DNA of 64,000 nucleotides from an uncultured Alphaproteobacteria bacterium (GTDB lineage: Bacteria > Pseudomonadota > Alphaproteobacteria > Rhizobiales > Xanthobacteraceae), in assembly GCA_963744675.1 (NCBI GenBank), contig CAVUUO010000002.1, positions 8,780 to 72,779 on the forward strand, read 5' to 3'. The position numbers and the translations under genes are program-made. The notes under the pieces were generated by a model. It did no database searches and had not been told where the DNA came from. It was given only the letters and a program-made list of their open reading frames with translations. Below are positions 12,229 through 23,528 of the stretch, piece by piece. The stretch's first letter is position 1; each line of letters opens with the position of its first letter.

Positions 12229-12374
12229 GTTCTGCCGATCTTGCAAGTGCAGTGCAACAAAATACGCACAGCTATTGGGAATTCCTTCTGTTTTCACCTG
12301 ACGGCGTGATAAGGGCTGTGCGCCGCCGGGACCAACGCCCGGTTTCTCCTCCGGATTGCCCCTGACAGATCACG

Positions 12375-13572
12375 ATGCCGACACCGAAACGGACTGCCGC
12401 TATCATTGTCGCCGCCGGCCGCGGGCTTCGTGCCGGGTCCGGAGGGCCAAAGCAATACCGCTCGATCGGCGGCCGAACCGTGATTTCGCGGGCGATGGAG
12501 CCGTTTTGCCGCCATCCACAGATCTTCGCGGTGCAGCCGGTCGTCAACCCCGACGATGCCGCGATGTTCAACGAGGCTGTCAGCGACATGCGCTACCAGC
12601 CTCCCGCCGCTGGCGGTGCGACCCGCCAGGCCTCGGTCCGCGCCGGACTGGAAGCGCTCGCCGGCCAATCGCCGGACATCGTGCTGATCCATGACGCCGC
12701 GCGGCCCTTCGTCACGGCGGCGGTGATTTCGCGCGCGATCGATGCCGCGGGCCTGACCGGCGCTGCGGTGCCGGCGATTGCCGTGACCGATACGATAAAA
12801 CTGATCGGCGACGGCGGACATGTCGAGGCCACGCCGGAGCGCGCGCGGCTGCGCATCGCGCAAACGCCGCAGTCGTTTCGCTACGATGTCGATTCTCGAT
12901 GCGCATCGCCGCGCGGCGCGCGAGGGCCGCGACGATTTTACCGATGACGCCGCGCTCGCGGAATGGGCAGGATTGACGGTGGCGACATTTGAAGGCGATC
13001 CTGCCAACATGAAGCTCACGACACCGGAAGATTTTGTCCGCGAAGAGGCCCGCCTCGGCGCCATGCTCGGCGACGTGCGGACAGGAAACGGCTACGACGT
13101 TCATGCCTTCGGCGACGGCGATCATGTGATGATCTGCGGCGTGCGGGTGCCGCATACACGGGGTTTTCTGGCGCATTCCGACGGCGATGTCGGCCTGCAT
13201 GCGCTGGTCGACGCGATCCTCGGCGCGCTGGCCGACGGCGATATCGGCTCGCATTTTCCGCCCAGCGATCCGCAATGGAAGGGCGCCGCGTCGCATCAGT
13301 TCCTGAAATACGCGGTCGATCGCGTCACCGCGCGCGGCGGACGCATCGCGCATCTCGACGTGACGCTGATCTGCGAGCGGCCGAAGATCGGCCAGCACCG
13401 CGACGCCATGCGCGCGCGGATCGCGGAGATTACCGGGCTGAAATTGTCGCGCGTCGCGGTGAAAGCCACCACCAGCGAGCGGCTCGGCTTCACCGGCCGC
13501 GAGGAAGGCATCGCCGCGATGGCGAGCGCCACCATCCGCCTGCCCTGGGATTCAAAAGGACGGAGCGATTGA
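12375..13572 (+). CDS. ispDF: Bifunctional IspD/IspF (extra base near 12891)
   Basis: [29 protein letters not shown]; then [27 protein letters not shown]. Confidence 0.95.
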
Positions 13573-13573
13573 G

Positions 13574-14195
13574 ATGAGCGGCAGCGACGCCCGCGCCCTC
13601 TCCCGCTCGCTGCTCGATCTGTGCCGGAGCCGCAAGCTCACCATCGCCACCGCGGAATCCTGCACCGGCGGACTGGTCGCCGGCGCGCTGACGGATATTC
13701 CGGGCTCCTCCGACGTGATCGACCGCGGGTTTGTCACCTATTCCAACGACGCCAAGCGGACGATGCTCGGGCGTGAAGGCAACCACGCTCGACAGTTTTG
13801 GCGCGGTCAGCAAGGAAACCGCGACCGCGATGGCGATCGGCGCGCTGGAAAAGGCCGGCGTCGATCTCGCGGTTTCCATCACCGGCATCGCAGGCCCGGG
13901 CGGCGCGACGCCGGGCAAGCCCGTCGGACTTGTGCATTTTGCGGTGGCTGCACGCGACGGACGAATTCTGCATCGCGAGTGCCGCTTCGGCGCCATCGGC
14001 CGCAGCACGGTGCGTCAGCGCTCGGTCGTCGAGGCATTGCGGATGCTGATGGAGCTCGCGCGCGGACCGCAGGCGCCGGCAAAACCGCGCCGTGAAACCG
14101 CCAGCCGGTTGCATCCGCGGGCCGCGCGATCGCCGCGGCGGAGCGCGGTGAAGCGGCGAAGGATCGCCGAGGGCGTGATACGCGAAGCACCGTAG
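13574..14195 (+). CDS. cinA: CinA/PncC-family NMN deamidase (extra G near 13770)
   Basis: [34 protein letters not shown]; basic C-terminal tail whose TAG stop lies in the REP GTAG. Confidence 0.9.
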
Positions 14196-14309
14196 GGTGG
14201 GCAAAGCGGGCGGACGCGGATGCGTCCGGCGGCGTGCCCACCATTCAGGCCGTGCACCCGAACCCGGGATGGTGGGCACGGCGCGAAGACGCGCCTTTGC
14301 CCACCCTAC
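14192..14309. repeat. GTAG-type REP doublet (REPIN-like) between convergent genes
   Basis: GTAGGGTGGGCAAAGC...GCGTGCCCACCAT-spacer-ATGGTGGGCACGG...CTTTGCCCACCCTAC inverted pair. Confidence 0.85.
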
Positions 14310-14329
14310 AGCTCGTGCAATGCAGCGCG

Positions 14330-14788
14330 TCAGGCGGGCGTCCCATAAATCGCATCCGCCCGCTTCTCGAACGCCGCCGCAAACCGCTGGAACGCGGCGT
14401 CGAACATGGTGCCCATCAGCATCCCCAGCATCCGGCTCTTGAACTCGTAGGAAATGTAAAATCCGACATCGCAGGCGTTGTCATTCCTGGGCTCGAAGGT
14501 CCAGCGGTTCTCGAGGTTGCTGAACGGTCCCTGCAGATACTCCACCATGATTTTGAGATTGGGCCGGTCCAGCGTGACCCGGCTGGTAAACGCCTCGCGC
14601 ACCAGCTTGAACGACACCGTCATGTCGGCGACGACAATCTCGGTGCCGTCGGGTTTTGCCGTACGCTGGCAAATCTTCAGCGATTTGCACAGCGGCACGA
14701 ACTCCGGATAGCGCTCGATATCGGCGACCAGGTCGAACATCTCAGGCGCGCTGTGCAGAACCCGGCGCTTGCTGGAAAATTTCGGCAT
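14330..14788 (-). CDS. RatA/Coq10 START-domain protein
   Basis: MFDLVADIERYPEFVPLC, GPFSNLENRWTF, AFEKRA. Confidence 0.9.
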   Translation of the reverse strand: MPKFSSKRRVLHSAPEMFDLVADIERYPEFVPLCKSLKICQRTAKPDGTEIVVADMTVSFKLVREAFTSRVTLDRPNLKIMVEYLQGPFSNLENRWTFEPRNDNACDVGFYISYEFKSRMLGMLMGTMFDAAFQRFAAAFEKRADAIYGTPA

Positions 14789-14798
14789 TATCAGATGC

Positions 14799-15758
14799 TC
14801 AGCGCGACATCGCCGCGCGCGCCGCCTGCAGCTTGGCGAAATCATCGCCGGCATGATGTGACGACCGCGTCAGCGGGCTTGCCGACACCATCAAAAATCC
14901 CTTGGTGTAGGCGACCTTCTCATAGCCATTGAATTCATCCGGCGGGACGTAACGCATCACGGCGTGGTGCTTGCGGGTCGGCTGCAGATATTGCCCTATG
15001 GTGAGGAAGTCCACTTCGGCCGAGCGCAGATCGTCCATCACCTGCAATACTTCGTGGCGCTCTTCGCCGAGGCCCACCATGATGCCGGACTTGGTGAAAA
15101 TCGCCGGATCGATTTCCTTGACCCGTTGCAGCAGGCGGATGGAATGGAAATAACGCGCGCCCGGCCGCACCGTGAGATAGCGCGACGGCACGGTTTCCAG
15201 GTTGTGGTTGAACACGTCGGGTTTTGCAGCCACCACAATTTCGAGCGCGCCGTCCTTGCGCAAAAAGTCCGGCGTCAGGATTTCGATGGTCGTGGCCGGG
15301 CAGCGCGCGCGGATGGCGCGGACAACCTGCGCAAAATGCTCGGCGCCGCCGTCGGCGAGATCGTCGCGATCCACCGAGGTGACGACGATGTGGGCGAGGC
15401 CAAGCTTGAAGGTGGCTTCGGCGACGTGCTCCGGCTCCGAGGCATCGAGCGCGCCGGGCATTCCGGTCTTGACGTTGCAGAAGGCGCAGGCCCGGGTGCA
15501 GGTGTCGCCCATGATCATGAAGGTGGCGTGCTTCTTGTCCCAGCACTCGCCGATGTTGGGGCAACCCGCCTCCTCGCAAACAGTGACCAGACCGTTTTCC
15601 TTGACGATTCTGCGGGTGTCTGCATAACCGCGGGTGTTCGGCGCGCGCACCCGGATCCACTCCGGTTTCGGCGGCGAGAACGCATCCGGCCGGTTCGCCT
15701 TTTCAGGGTGGCGCGGCCGAAGCTGAGTGGCGGAGACGGTATCGACGACGACGACCAT
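14799..15758 (-). CDS. lipA: Lipoyl synthase
   Basis: [33 protein letters not shown]. Confidence 0.97.
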   Translation of the reverse strand: MVVVVDTVSATQLRPRHPEKANRPDAFSPPKPEWIRVRAPNTRGYADTRRIVKENGLVTVCEEAGCPNIGECWDKKHATFMIMGDTCTRACAFCNVKTGMPGALDASEPEHVAEATFKLGLAHIVVTSVDRDDLADGGAEHFAQVVRAIRARCPATTIEILTPDFLRKDGALEIVVAAKPDVFNHNLETVPSRYLTVRPGARYFHSIRLLQRVKEIDPAIFTKSGIMVGLGEERHEVLQVMDDLRSAEVDFLTIGQYLQPTRKHHAVMRYVPPDEFNGYEKVAYTKGFLMVSASPLTRSSHHAGDDFAKLQAARAAMSR

Positions 15759-15856
15759 AAAATGTCCGTTTCTCAAGAGAAGCTTAGCTAATCCGCTTAA
15801 AGAGAAACCGCAACGGCTCGCCTTGCTCCGCATCAGGTCTTAGCATATCCGCCGGC

Positions 15857-16453
15857 ATGGCTCAAAACCGCACAATCCTCGAGCAAAAGCTGGGCAAGCC
15901 GCTGAGGCGCGCGTTCTTTGCCCGCAGCGTACACGAAATCGCGCCCGAGCTGATCGGCGCGACGCTGCTGGTGGACGGCGTCGGCGGCATCATCGTCGAA
16001 GTCGAGGCCTATCATCACACCGATCCGGCGGCGCATTCGTTCAACGGCCCCACCCCACGCAACATGGTGATGTTCGGCCCGCCCGGCTTTATCTACGTCT
16101 ACCGCTCCTACGGCATTCACTGGTGCGTGAATTTCGTTTGCGAGAAGCAAGGCTCCGCCAGCGCGGTGCTGATCCGCGCCTTGCAGCCAACCCACGGTAT
16201 CCCGGCGATGCGGCGGCGGCGTGGGCTGCATGACGAACGATCGTTGTGCTCGGGGCCGGGAAAGCTGACGGAAGCGCTGGCCATCACCCATGCCCATAAT
16301 GGCCTCCCGCTCGACGCGCCGCCGCTCGCGCTGCATGCGCGCCCGGCGGAGCCCGAAATCGCCACGGGCCTGCGAATCGGCATCACGAAAGCGGTGGAAC
16401 TGCCGTGGCGATACGGGCTGAAAGGCTCGAAATTCCTCAGCAAGCCATTTTGA
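15857..16453 (+). CDS. DNA-3-methyladenine glycosylase (MPG/AAG family)
   Basis: [31 protein letters not shown]. Confidence 0.93.
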   Translation: MAQNRTILEQKLGKPLRRAFFARSVHEIAPELIGATLLVDGVGGIIVEVEAYHHTDPAAHSFNGPTPRNMVMFGPPGFIYVYRSYGIHWCVNFVCEKQGSASAVLIRALQPTHGIPAMRRRRGLHDERSLCSGPGKLTEALAITHAHNGLPLDAPPLALHARPAEPEIATGLRIGITKAVELPWRYGLKGSKFLSKPF

Positions 16454-16613
16454 AAAGGCCGTCTGCCGCTGCAAGCGTGCGACATCGGACCACACCGCTG
16501 CCTGTATGGTTAGCCTCAACTGTTGCGTGCTTGTGACAGCATTCGCGATGGCCTCCTCCTAAGATTTGAGGATTCGGGCGCCTTGGTGCGCCGAAGACAG
16601 TTTGGGGGCGACC

Positions 16614-17504
16614 ATGAAGAAGCTGGCCATCGCGACAGTTGCGGCAAGTGCGTTATTCACCGGCATGGTGACGGCAAATGCCGCGGATATGGCCTACAAA
16701 GCCGCGCCGGTCCCGATGGCGCCCGCCGCCTTCAGCTGGACCGGCTTTTACATCGGCGCCAATGTCGGCGGAGCCTGGACCCCCAACAACGGCGGCAGCG
16801 ATTTCGGACCGCTGTTCCCCGGCTTTATCGTGCTTGCGCCGCAGGCTCCGATCCCGACTGTTTTCCCTGGGCAACTGGCCGCGCTCGGCGGCGGTGGCCG
16901 CCAGAGCGGTGTCATCGGCGGCGGCCAGGCCGGCTATAATTGGCAGGTCAATCAGTTCGTCCTCGGTGTGGAAGCCGACGGGCAAGGCACCGGGCTGAAC
17001 GGTTCCAGCGCCAGCGCCACGCGCACGTTCGGGCCCCCAATTCTCCTCGCCACAGTAAACCAGACCGTGACGGTCGATTTCGGCCGAATCGACTGGATGG
17101 CGTCGTTCCGCGGGCGCGCCGGCTTCGCTGTCGACCGCGCGCTGTTCTATGTCACCGGCGGCGCGGCGGTTGCCGGGATCGGCGGTTCCACGACCACCGT
17201 GGTCAATGGACCGGGCATCGCGATTCCCGCCGGCACCTTCGTGGCAACCAACGGCGGCGATCGCACGCGCTGGGGCTGGACCGTCGGCGGCGGTATCGAG
17301 TGGGCGTTCAGCCAAAACTGGAGCGTGGCCGGCGAATATCGCCACACCGATTTCGGCAACCGCGCCACCACCTTCACCATTCCCGATGGCTTCGGCGGCA
17401 CATTCGCAACGGGAACGTCGAGCTCGCGTCTGACCGTCGATCAGGCCACCGCGCGTCTCAACTACCGCTTCAATTGGGGCGGCCCAGTGGTGGCGCGTTA
17501 CTGA
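16614..17504 (+). CDS. Omp25/RopB-family outer-membrane beta-barrel protein
   Basis: Signal peptide ending ANAAD, SWTGFYIG, GWTVGGGIEW, terminal LNYRF...PVVARY. Confidence 0.9.
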   Translation: MKKLAIATVAASALFTGMVTANAADMAYKAAPVPMAPAAFSWTGFYIGANVGGAWTPNNGGSDFGPLFPGFIVLAPQAPIPTVFPGQLAALGGGGRQSGVIGGGQAGYNWQVNQFVLGVEADGQGTGLNGSSASATRTFGPPILLATVNQTVTVDFGRIDWMASFRGRAGFAVDRALFYVTGGAAVAGIGGSTTTVVNGPGIAIPAGTFVATNGGDRTRWGWTVGGGIEWAFSQNWSVAGEYRHTDFGNRATTFTIPDGFGGTFATGTSSSRLTVDQATARLNYRFNWGGPVVARY

Positions 17505-17891
17505 TCAGACGGCGTGATGGCAGACGGCTTCGATCCGGTTGCCGTCCGGATCGCGCAGGAAGGCTGCGTAATAGGACGCGTGATAGTCGCGTAGTCCAGG
17601 CGCGCCGTCATCGCTGCCGCCCGCCGCCAGGCCTGCGTCCCAAAATGCATCGACCTGGGTTCGCCACTTTGCCTTGAAGCACCAGTGGCGGCCAAAGGCA
17701 TCATCGGGCTTGGCGCCCTTGCGGATGGAAATGTAGACCCGCTCGGGGTGCGCCGGCCGCGCCCGCTCGCCATAGCCCAGCCAGTCGTCGCGGCGGCCGA
17801 CCTTGACCACGCCGAGCACTTTCATGACGGCATCGTAGAAGCGCTCGGCCGCGGCGATATCGGATACGGTGATTGAAACGTGATCGAGCAT
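17505..17891 (-). CDS. VOC/glyoxalase-family protein
   Basis: LDHVSITV, YYAAFLRDPDGNRIEAV. Confidence 0.88.
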   Translation of the reverse strand: MLDHVSITVSDIAAAERFYDAVMKVLGVVKVGRRDDWLGYGERARPAHPERVYISIRKGAKPDDAFGRHWCFKAKWRTQVDAFWDAGLAAGGSDDGAPGLRDYHASYYAAFLRDPDGNRIEAVCHHAV

Positions 17892-17900
17892 CCGAAGACC

Positions 17901-20771
17901 CTAAGCCGCGTTCTTGAGCCGCTCCAGCGCCTCGATGATCTTCGCCTTCCGCGCCGCGGCGGCCTCGCGCTTTTCTTTTTCTTCCTCGACAATGTCTTCC
18001 GGGGCATTGGCGACGAACTTCTCGTTGCCGAGCTTGGCGTCGACACGCTTGATGTCGGCCTCGGCCTTGGCCAGTTCCTTGTCGAGCCGCGCCTTCTCCG
18101 CCGCAAGGTCGATCACGCCTTTCAATGGCAGCGCGGCGACCTCACCGCGCACCAATAGCTGCACCGCACCTTCCGGCGCGCGATCGACAAACGAGATGTC
18201 CGCAAGCCGCGCGAGGCGCTTGACCACATCGCTCCAGCGCTGCGCGCGCTGCTTCGTCTCTGCCGACGCACCCGCCAGCACCAGCGGCGTCAGTGTCGCC
18301 GCCGCAATGTTCATCTCGGCGCGAACCGAACGAATGGCAGTGACCAGATCGACCACCCAGCCGATCTCGGCTTCGGCTGCCGGATCGCTGAAGTCAGCGG
18401 ACGCTTCCGACGCAGCGATAATGGCTGGCATGATCAATGGATCGCCTTCAGCGAATCCGGCGACCAGCGGCATTTGCTCGCGGACAATATCGGTTTTCCG
18501 CGGCCACGAAGCCAATGCCAGCAACCCGTCCCGCCTTGCGGTTACCCTCCACAGCTCCTCGGTGATGAAGGGCATGAACGGATGCAGCAATTTCAGGATT
18601 TCATCGCGCGCCCATGACACCATGGCGCGGGTCTCGGTTTTGGCGTCACTGTTCTCGCCCATCAGCACGGGCTTGGCGAGTTCGAGATACCAGTCGCAAT
18701 ACACGTTCCAGACGAAACGATACGCTGCATTGGCGGCATCGTTGAAGCGATAGGTTTCGATGGCTTCGGTGACCTCGCGCGTGGCGCGCGCGGTTTCATG
18801 CGCAATCCAGCGGCTGAGCGTTTCCGTCGCCTTGGCCGGATCGAAGCCCGGCGGCAGCACGCAGCCGTTCATCTCGGCGAAGCGGCAGGCGTTCCAGAGT
18901 TTGGTCGCAAAGTTGCGGTTGGTTTCGACATGCTGGGGGGACAGCTTGATGTCGTGTCCCTGGGCTGCCGCGCGCGCGAGCGCAAAACGCAGCGCGTCGG
19001 CGCCGTAGTCGTCGATTACGCCGAGGGGATCGATGACGTTGCCCTTCGACTTCGACATCTTCGCGCCCTTCTCGTCGCGAACGAGACGGTGGATATAGAC
19101 ATCGCGGAACGGCACCTCTTTCCGAAAGTGCAGCCCCATCATCATCATCCGGGCAACCCAGAAGAAGATGATGTCGAACCCGGTGACCAGCACGTCGGTC
19201 GGATAATAGCGCTCGACATCCCTGGTATCGTCGGGCCAACCCAGTGTCGAGAACGGCCACAGCGCCGAGGAGAACCAGGTGTCGAGCACGTCTTCGTCGC
19301 GCGTGATGAAGCCTTCGCGCTTGGCAGGATCGCGCGCCATCTCGGCACCCTGCTCCGGCGTGATGACCTCCTGCTCGACGTAGTAGCCGAGCGCGTTGCC
19401 GACCGCCTCGTCCTCTGTCTCGGCGACGAAGGCTTTTCCATCCGGTCCGTACCATGCGGGGATCTGATGACCCCACCACAGTTGCCGCGAGATGCACCAC
19501 GGCTGGATGTTCTCCATCCATTCGAAATAGGTTTTTTCCCAGTTCTTCGGCACGAACGATGTGGCACCGCTGCGCACCGCTTCAATTGCCGGCTCGGCAA
19601 GCGTCTTGGCATCGACGTACCACTGGTCGGTCAGATAAGGTTCGATCACCACGCCGGAGCGGTCGCCATGCGGCACCATGTGCGTGTTCGGTTCGATCCG
19701 CTCCAGAAAACCGAAATCTTCCAGCCGCGTCACGATCATCTTGCGCGCAGCAAAACGCTCCACGCCCTGAAGCTCTTCGGCGAGCTGCGATGAACCCACG
19801 GGCAGATCACGCAAATAGTCCTCATTGCCGACGAGGGCGAGGCGCCCCTCCTGATCGAGCACGCTGATCTGCGGCAGTCCGTGCCGCCGGCCGACCTCGA
19901 AGTCGTTGAAGTCATGCGCCGGCGTGATCTTCACCGCGCCCGAGCCTTTTTCCGGATCGGAATATTCATCGGCGACGATCGGAATTTTTCGGCCGACCAG
20001 CGGCAGGATCACATGCTTGCCGACGAGGTCTCTATAGCGCTCGTCGTCCGGATGCACAGCGACGGCGGTATCGCCGAGCATCGTCTCCGGCCGCGTGGTG
20101 GCGACGACGATGAAGGTCGATGGGTCGTCCGGGTTGAAGGTCTTGCTTTCAATCGGATAGCGCAGATACCACAGGTGACCCTTGACCTCGACCTGCACCA
20201 CTTCGAGATCCGAGATCGCGGTCAGCAATGCCGGATCCCAGTTCACCAGCCGCTTGTCCTTGTAGATCAATCCGTCGCGATGCAGCGCGACAAACACTTT
20301 TACCACCGCGCGGGACAGGCCCTGGTCCATGGTAAAACGTTCGCGCGACCAGTCGCAGGAGGCGCCGAGCCGCTTCAGCTGGTTGACGATGACGCCGCCG
20401 CTTTCAGCCTTCCATTGCCAAACCCGCTCCAGGAATTTTGCGCGGCCCATCTCGCGGCGGCCCGGCTGCTGCCGCTCCGTCAACTGCCGCTCCACCACCA
20501 TCTGGGTAGCAATGCCGGCGTGATCGGTGCCGGGCTGCCACAGCACGTCGCGGCCGCGCATCCGCTCGAACCGGCACAGCACGTCCTGCAGCGTATTGTT
20601 GAGCGCGTGCCCCATGTGCAGCGACCCCGTGACGTTCGGCGGCGGGATCACGATGGTGAACGGTTTTGCGTCGCGGCGTTCGGGGCGGCCGGCCTTGAAC
20701 GCGCCGGCGTCTTCCCAGACGCGGGACATGCGGGTTTCGATTTCGGCGGGCTGGTAGGTCTTTTCGATCAT
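17901..20771 (-). CDS. valS: Valine--tRNA ligase
   Basis: PPPNVTGSLHMGH, KMSKS, C-terminal coiled-coil arm. Confidence 0.98.
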   Translation of the reverse strand: MIEKTYQPAEIETRMSRVWEDAGAFKAGRPERRDAKPFTIVIPPPNVTGSLHMGHALNNTLQDVLCRFERMRGRDVLWQPGTDHAGIATQMVVERQLTERQQPGRREMGRAKFLERVWQWKAESGGVIVNQLKRLGASCDWSRERFTMDQGLSRAVVKVFVALHRDGLIYKDKRLVNWDPALLTAISDLEVVQVEVKGHLWYLRYPIESKTFNPDDPSTFIVVATTRPETMLGDTAVAVHPDDERYRDLVGKHVILPLVGRKIPIVADEYSDPEKGSGAVKITPAHDFNDFEVGRRHGLPQISVLDQEGRLALVGNEDYLRDLPVGSSQLAEELQGVERFAARKMIVTRLEDFGFLERIEPNTHMVPHGDRSGVVIEPYLTDQWYVDAKTLAEPAIEAVRSGATSFVPKNWEKTYFEWMENIQPWCISRQLWWGHQIPAWYGPDGKAFVAETEDEAVGNALGYYVEQEVITPEQGAEMARDPAKREGFITRDEDVLDTWFSSALWPFSTLGWPDDTRDVERYYPTDVLVTGFDIIFFWVARMMMMGLHFRKEVPFRDVYIHRLVRDEKGAKMSKSKGNVIDPLGVIDDYGADALRFALARAAAQGHDIKLSPQHVETNRNFATKLWNACRFAEMNGCVLPPGFDPAKATETLSRWIAHETARATREVTEAIETYRFNDAANAAYRFVWNVYCDWYLELAKPVLMGENSDAKTETRAMVSWARDEILKLLHPFMPFITEELWRVTARRDGLLALASWPRKTDIVREQMPLVAGFAEGDPLIMPAIIAASEASADFSDPAAEAEIGWVVDLVTAIRSVRAEMNIAAATLTPLVLAGASAETKQRAQRWSDVVKRLARLADISFVDRAPEGAVQLLVRGEVAALPLKGVIDLAAEKARLDKELAKAEADIKRVDAKLGNEKFVANAPEDIVEEEKEKREAAAARKAKIIEALERLKNAA

Positions 20772-20889
20772 GGGCGTTAGAAAGCCGCCACAACGCCCTG
20801 AGTCAACACGGCAAATCAGGCGGCCGGGTCAATAAAGCGCGATGCAATGCTCAACAAAGCTAGGCAACCGTCTAATCCTGACCGCAGCC

Positions 20890-21627
20890 CTAGCGTCCGC
20901 GGGAAACCCGTTCGATTTCCGCCTTGACGATGCGCTCGACCAGGCCCGGCAAATTGTCGTCGAGCCAGGATTTCAGCATCGGCCGCAGCATTTCCTTGAC
21001 CAGGTCTTCCAGCGTCCGCGCGTTATTGCTCAGCACCGTGTTGGCCAGGGTGTTGAAGGCCGACTCCACCGCCGACACCGTCGAGCGCGACAAAATCTGC
21101 TGCGGCGGCGCGGCGGGACTCTCATAGAACGGCGGCGGCTCGAAGGCGGGCTGGCGATGCTGGGCACGTGGCGCGCTGGCGACGACGGCCTCGGTGAATT
21201 CCAGATCGTCGTCGGGCTCGACCCGACGGAATGCTGCGGGCTGCGGGTCCGGCAGCGCCATCTCGTCGGTGAGTTCGAACACCTCGCCATCCGGCAGCGG
21301 CGGCCTGACCTCGGCCTCGGACGTGGCCGCATCGAGTCCGGCCAGCATGGCGTCGATGTCGTCCTGGCTGTTGGCGGCGGCAGCCGGCGGATCCGGCACG
21401 GGGACCGCAGCCTTTGCCGGCGCCGGCCTGGCCGCGGCAGCGGGCGGATTATCCGCCATGACAGCCGGTTTTGCCACCGGCGGCGCAGGTACGGGCGATT
21501 CAGTCCCGGATGCTGCCGGGCTGGTCGCCTTCTCGGCAGGCTTCGCTTCGTCGTCGGCGATGATGCGCCGGATCGACGCCAGAATTTCCTCCATGGAGGG
21601 TTCCTGGACCTTCGCAGGCTGCGTCAT
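20890..21627 (-). CDS. popZ: Polar organizing protein PopZ
   Basis: EPSMEEILASIRRII, Pro/acidic disordered linker, LRPMLKSWLDDNLP; conserved position between tolC and valS. Confidence 0.93.
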   Translation of the reverse strand: MTQPAKVQEPSMEEILASIRRIIADDEAKPAEKATSPAASGTESPVPAPPVAKPAVMADNPPAAAARPAPAKAAVPVPDPPAAAANSQDDIDAMLAGLDAATSEAEVRPPLPDGEVFELTDEMALPDPQPAAFRRVEPDDDLEFTEAVVASAPRAQHRQPAFEPPPFYESPAAPPQQILSRSTVSAVESAFNTLANTVLSNNARTLEDLVKEMLRPMLKSWLDDNLPGLVERIVKAEIERVSRGR

Positions 21628-21919
21628 ATCCCACTCCACATCATCAACGCCCTCGTCAGCGTTTTACACCAAGCGGGGCGGGATTTGCCGATTCCGGATT
21701 CGCGGGCTGCGGATTTTCATGCCCCCAGCCCGACTTGTCCCCAGATCAAGCGCCGCTCGATCGATTCGTGCGGCCCAGCTTCGCTCAAACCAGCGAACAT
21801 CACGGTTCCCGATGCGGCGCGAATCGCTTTGCCGCCCTTCGAGAAAGGTAGGGCATGGCAACAATTGATTGCAAGCAAGGGGCTATTGATGCAGCCCGCA
21901 CGTCACCGCTTAGTCCGGG

Positions 21920-23344
21920 TTAGCGGCCGTCCGGTATGCGAACGCCGGCCCAGCTGTCGCGCACCTGATGATAATGCACGCTCGGATCGTAGACGGTAGT
22001 CTTCAGGCCCAGCACCTGCGGCGCCAGCCGCCCCACTGCGTTCAAGACGGCATAGGACGCGACGACCCGGTCATGCTGCGCGGTAACCAGCGCCACGCGC
22101 GCATTGACCAGCGCCTGCTGCGCGTTCAGCACGTCGAGCGTCGTGCGCTGTCCGGCCTTGGCTTCCTCGCGCACGCCGTTGAGCGCGATCTCCGACGCCG
22201 ACACCTGGGATTGCGCCGAAGCGACCTGCGCCTTGCCTGCAACCAGCTGGCCCCACGCCGTAACGACGTTGGAGCGGGTCTGGTCGCGCACCTGCTCCAG
22301 ATTGAGGCGCTGCTGGGCCAGCGTTTCCTTGGATTGCCGGATCAGCGAATATTCCGCGCCGCCCTGATAGACCGGTACCGAGAGCTGCGCGACCGCCGAG
22401 GCGCCGAAGGTCCGGAACGTGGTCAGCGTCTGCTCGTAGGACTGCTGCACCGACCCCTGCAACGTGACCGTGGGAAGCAACGCGCCTTCACTCACCTTGA
22501 CCTGCAGAAAGCTGACATCGATGCCGAACATCGCGGCGGTAACGTTCGGATTTTCGGTCAGACCGAGGTCGACCGCGCCGGGCAGCGTCGGCGGCAGGAA
22601 GCGGTCGACCGGAGAACCCGGCGCGAGCGCCTCGGGTTCGTTGCCGATGATGCGGCGGAAATTCGCTTTGGTCGTGACCAGGTTGGATTCGGCGGTAAGC
22701 AACTGGGTGCGGCCGGCGGCCAGCTGTGCCTCCGACTGTGCAACGTCGGTGCGGGTCACTTCACCGACGTTGAAGCGATCGCGCGTCTGCTTCAGCGTCT
22801 GTTCGAGCACGCGAACGTTGCTGCGCTGGACCTCCACGATGGCGGCATCGCGCAAATAGTCCATGTAGATGGTGGCGCCGGAGAGCAGAACCGTCTGTTC
22901 GAGAACCCTCAAGCCCTCGCGCGCTCCCGAAACCTGTCCTTCGGCGGCTCGCGTCCGATTCGCGGTCTGAAAACCGTTGAAGACCGTTTGCGATATCGTA
23001 GCACCCACGCTGCGCGGCGCGTTTACGCCGTGGAAATCGGTCTTGACCAGGTTGTTGGGACCACCACCCGATGTGAGCTGGGTATCGGTAAATTGGGTTC
23101 CCGCGCTGGCGGTGACGGCGACGCGCGGACGATAGCCCGACAGCGCCTGCGGCACATTTTCGTCGGTGAAGCGAACCTGGGCGCGCTGCGCATTGAGCTG
23201 CGGATTGTTCTGATAGGCGCGCACCAGCGCTGCGTCGATCGTATCGGCCAAGACGGGAGCGACGCCCATATTTGCCAATAGAAGCACCGCAGCGGCAGCC
23301 CCGGTAACGACCCTCACGCCACCCATTCCAACTAATCCATTCAT
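21920..23344 (-). CDS. tolC: TolC-family outer membrane protein
   Basis: Signal peptide, AYQNNPQL, VGEVTRTDVAQ, GQRTTLDVLNAQQ. Confidence 0.92.
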   Translation of the reverse strand: MNGLVGMGGVRVVTGAAAAVLLLANMGVAPVLADTIDAALVRAYQNNPQLNAQRAQVRFTDENVPQALSGYRPRVAVTASAGTQFTDTQLTSGGGPNNLVKTDFHGVNAPRSVGATISQTVFNGFQTANRTRAAEGQVSGAREGLRVLEQTVLLSGATIYMDYLRDAAIVEVQRSNVRVLEQTLKQTRDRFNVGEVTRTDVAQSEAQLAAGRTQLLTAESNLVTTKANFRRIIGNEPEALAPGSPVDRFLPPTLPGAVDLGLTENPNVTAAMFGIDVSFLQVKVSEGALLPTVTLQGSVQQSYEQTLTTFRTFGASAVAQLSVPVYQGGAEYSLIRQSKETLAQQRLNLEQVRDQTRSNVVTAWGQLVAGKAQVASAQSQVSASEIALNGVREEAKAGQRTTLDVLNAQQALVNARVALVTAQHDRVVASYAVLNAVGRLAPQVLGLKTTVYDPSVHYHQVRDSWAGVRIPDGR

Positions 23345-23528
23345 GACGCCTCCCGGCTCGGAGGCACCGGCCGGGTTATGGTTTCGACTTTGAGTCGATT
23401 TCCCGCCTCACCTTATTCCGCGCAATAGTGCGACGGAACCCCCGGAGCCAGATCGCAGTGGAAACTCTTGAGATGAAGCATCTAGGCCACACCTTTGATC
23501 CGGCGCAGGATTTAATGGGCTATTTGCG

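Noticed and set aside
4577-13800. Pseudogenisation or programmed frameshifting of the ntr cluster and ispDF
   Set aside because: The indels are isolated single bases with no consistent slippery motif or other decay, and they also hit a normally essential gene. Sequencing error is more parsimonious.
14330-14788. RatA as a toxin-antitoxin toxin
   Set aside because: Coq10-like START protein in a conserved housekeeping context next to lipA; no antitoxin gene adjacent.
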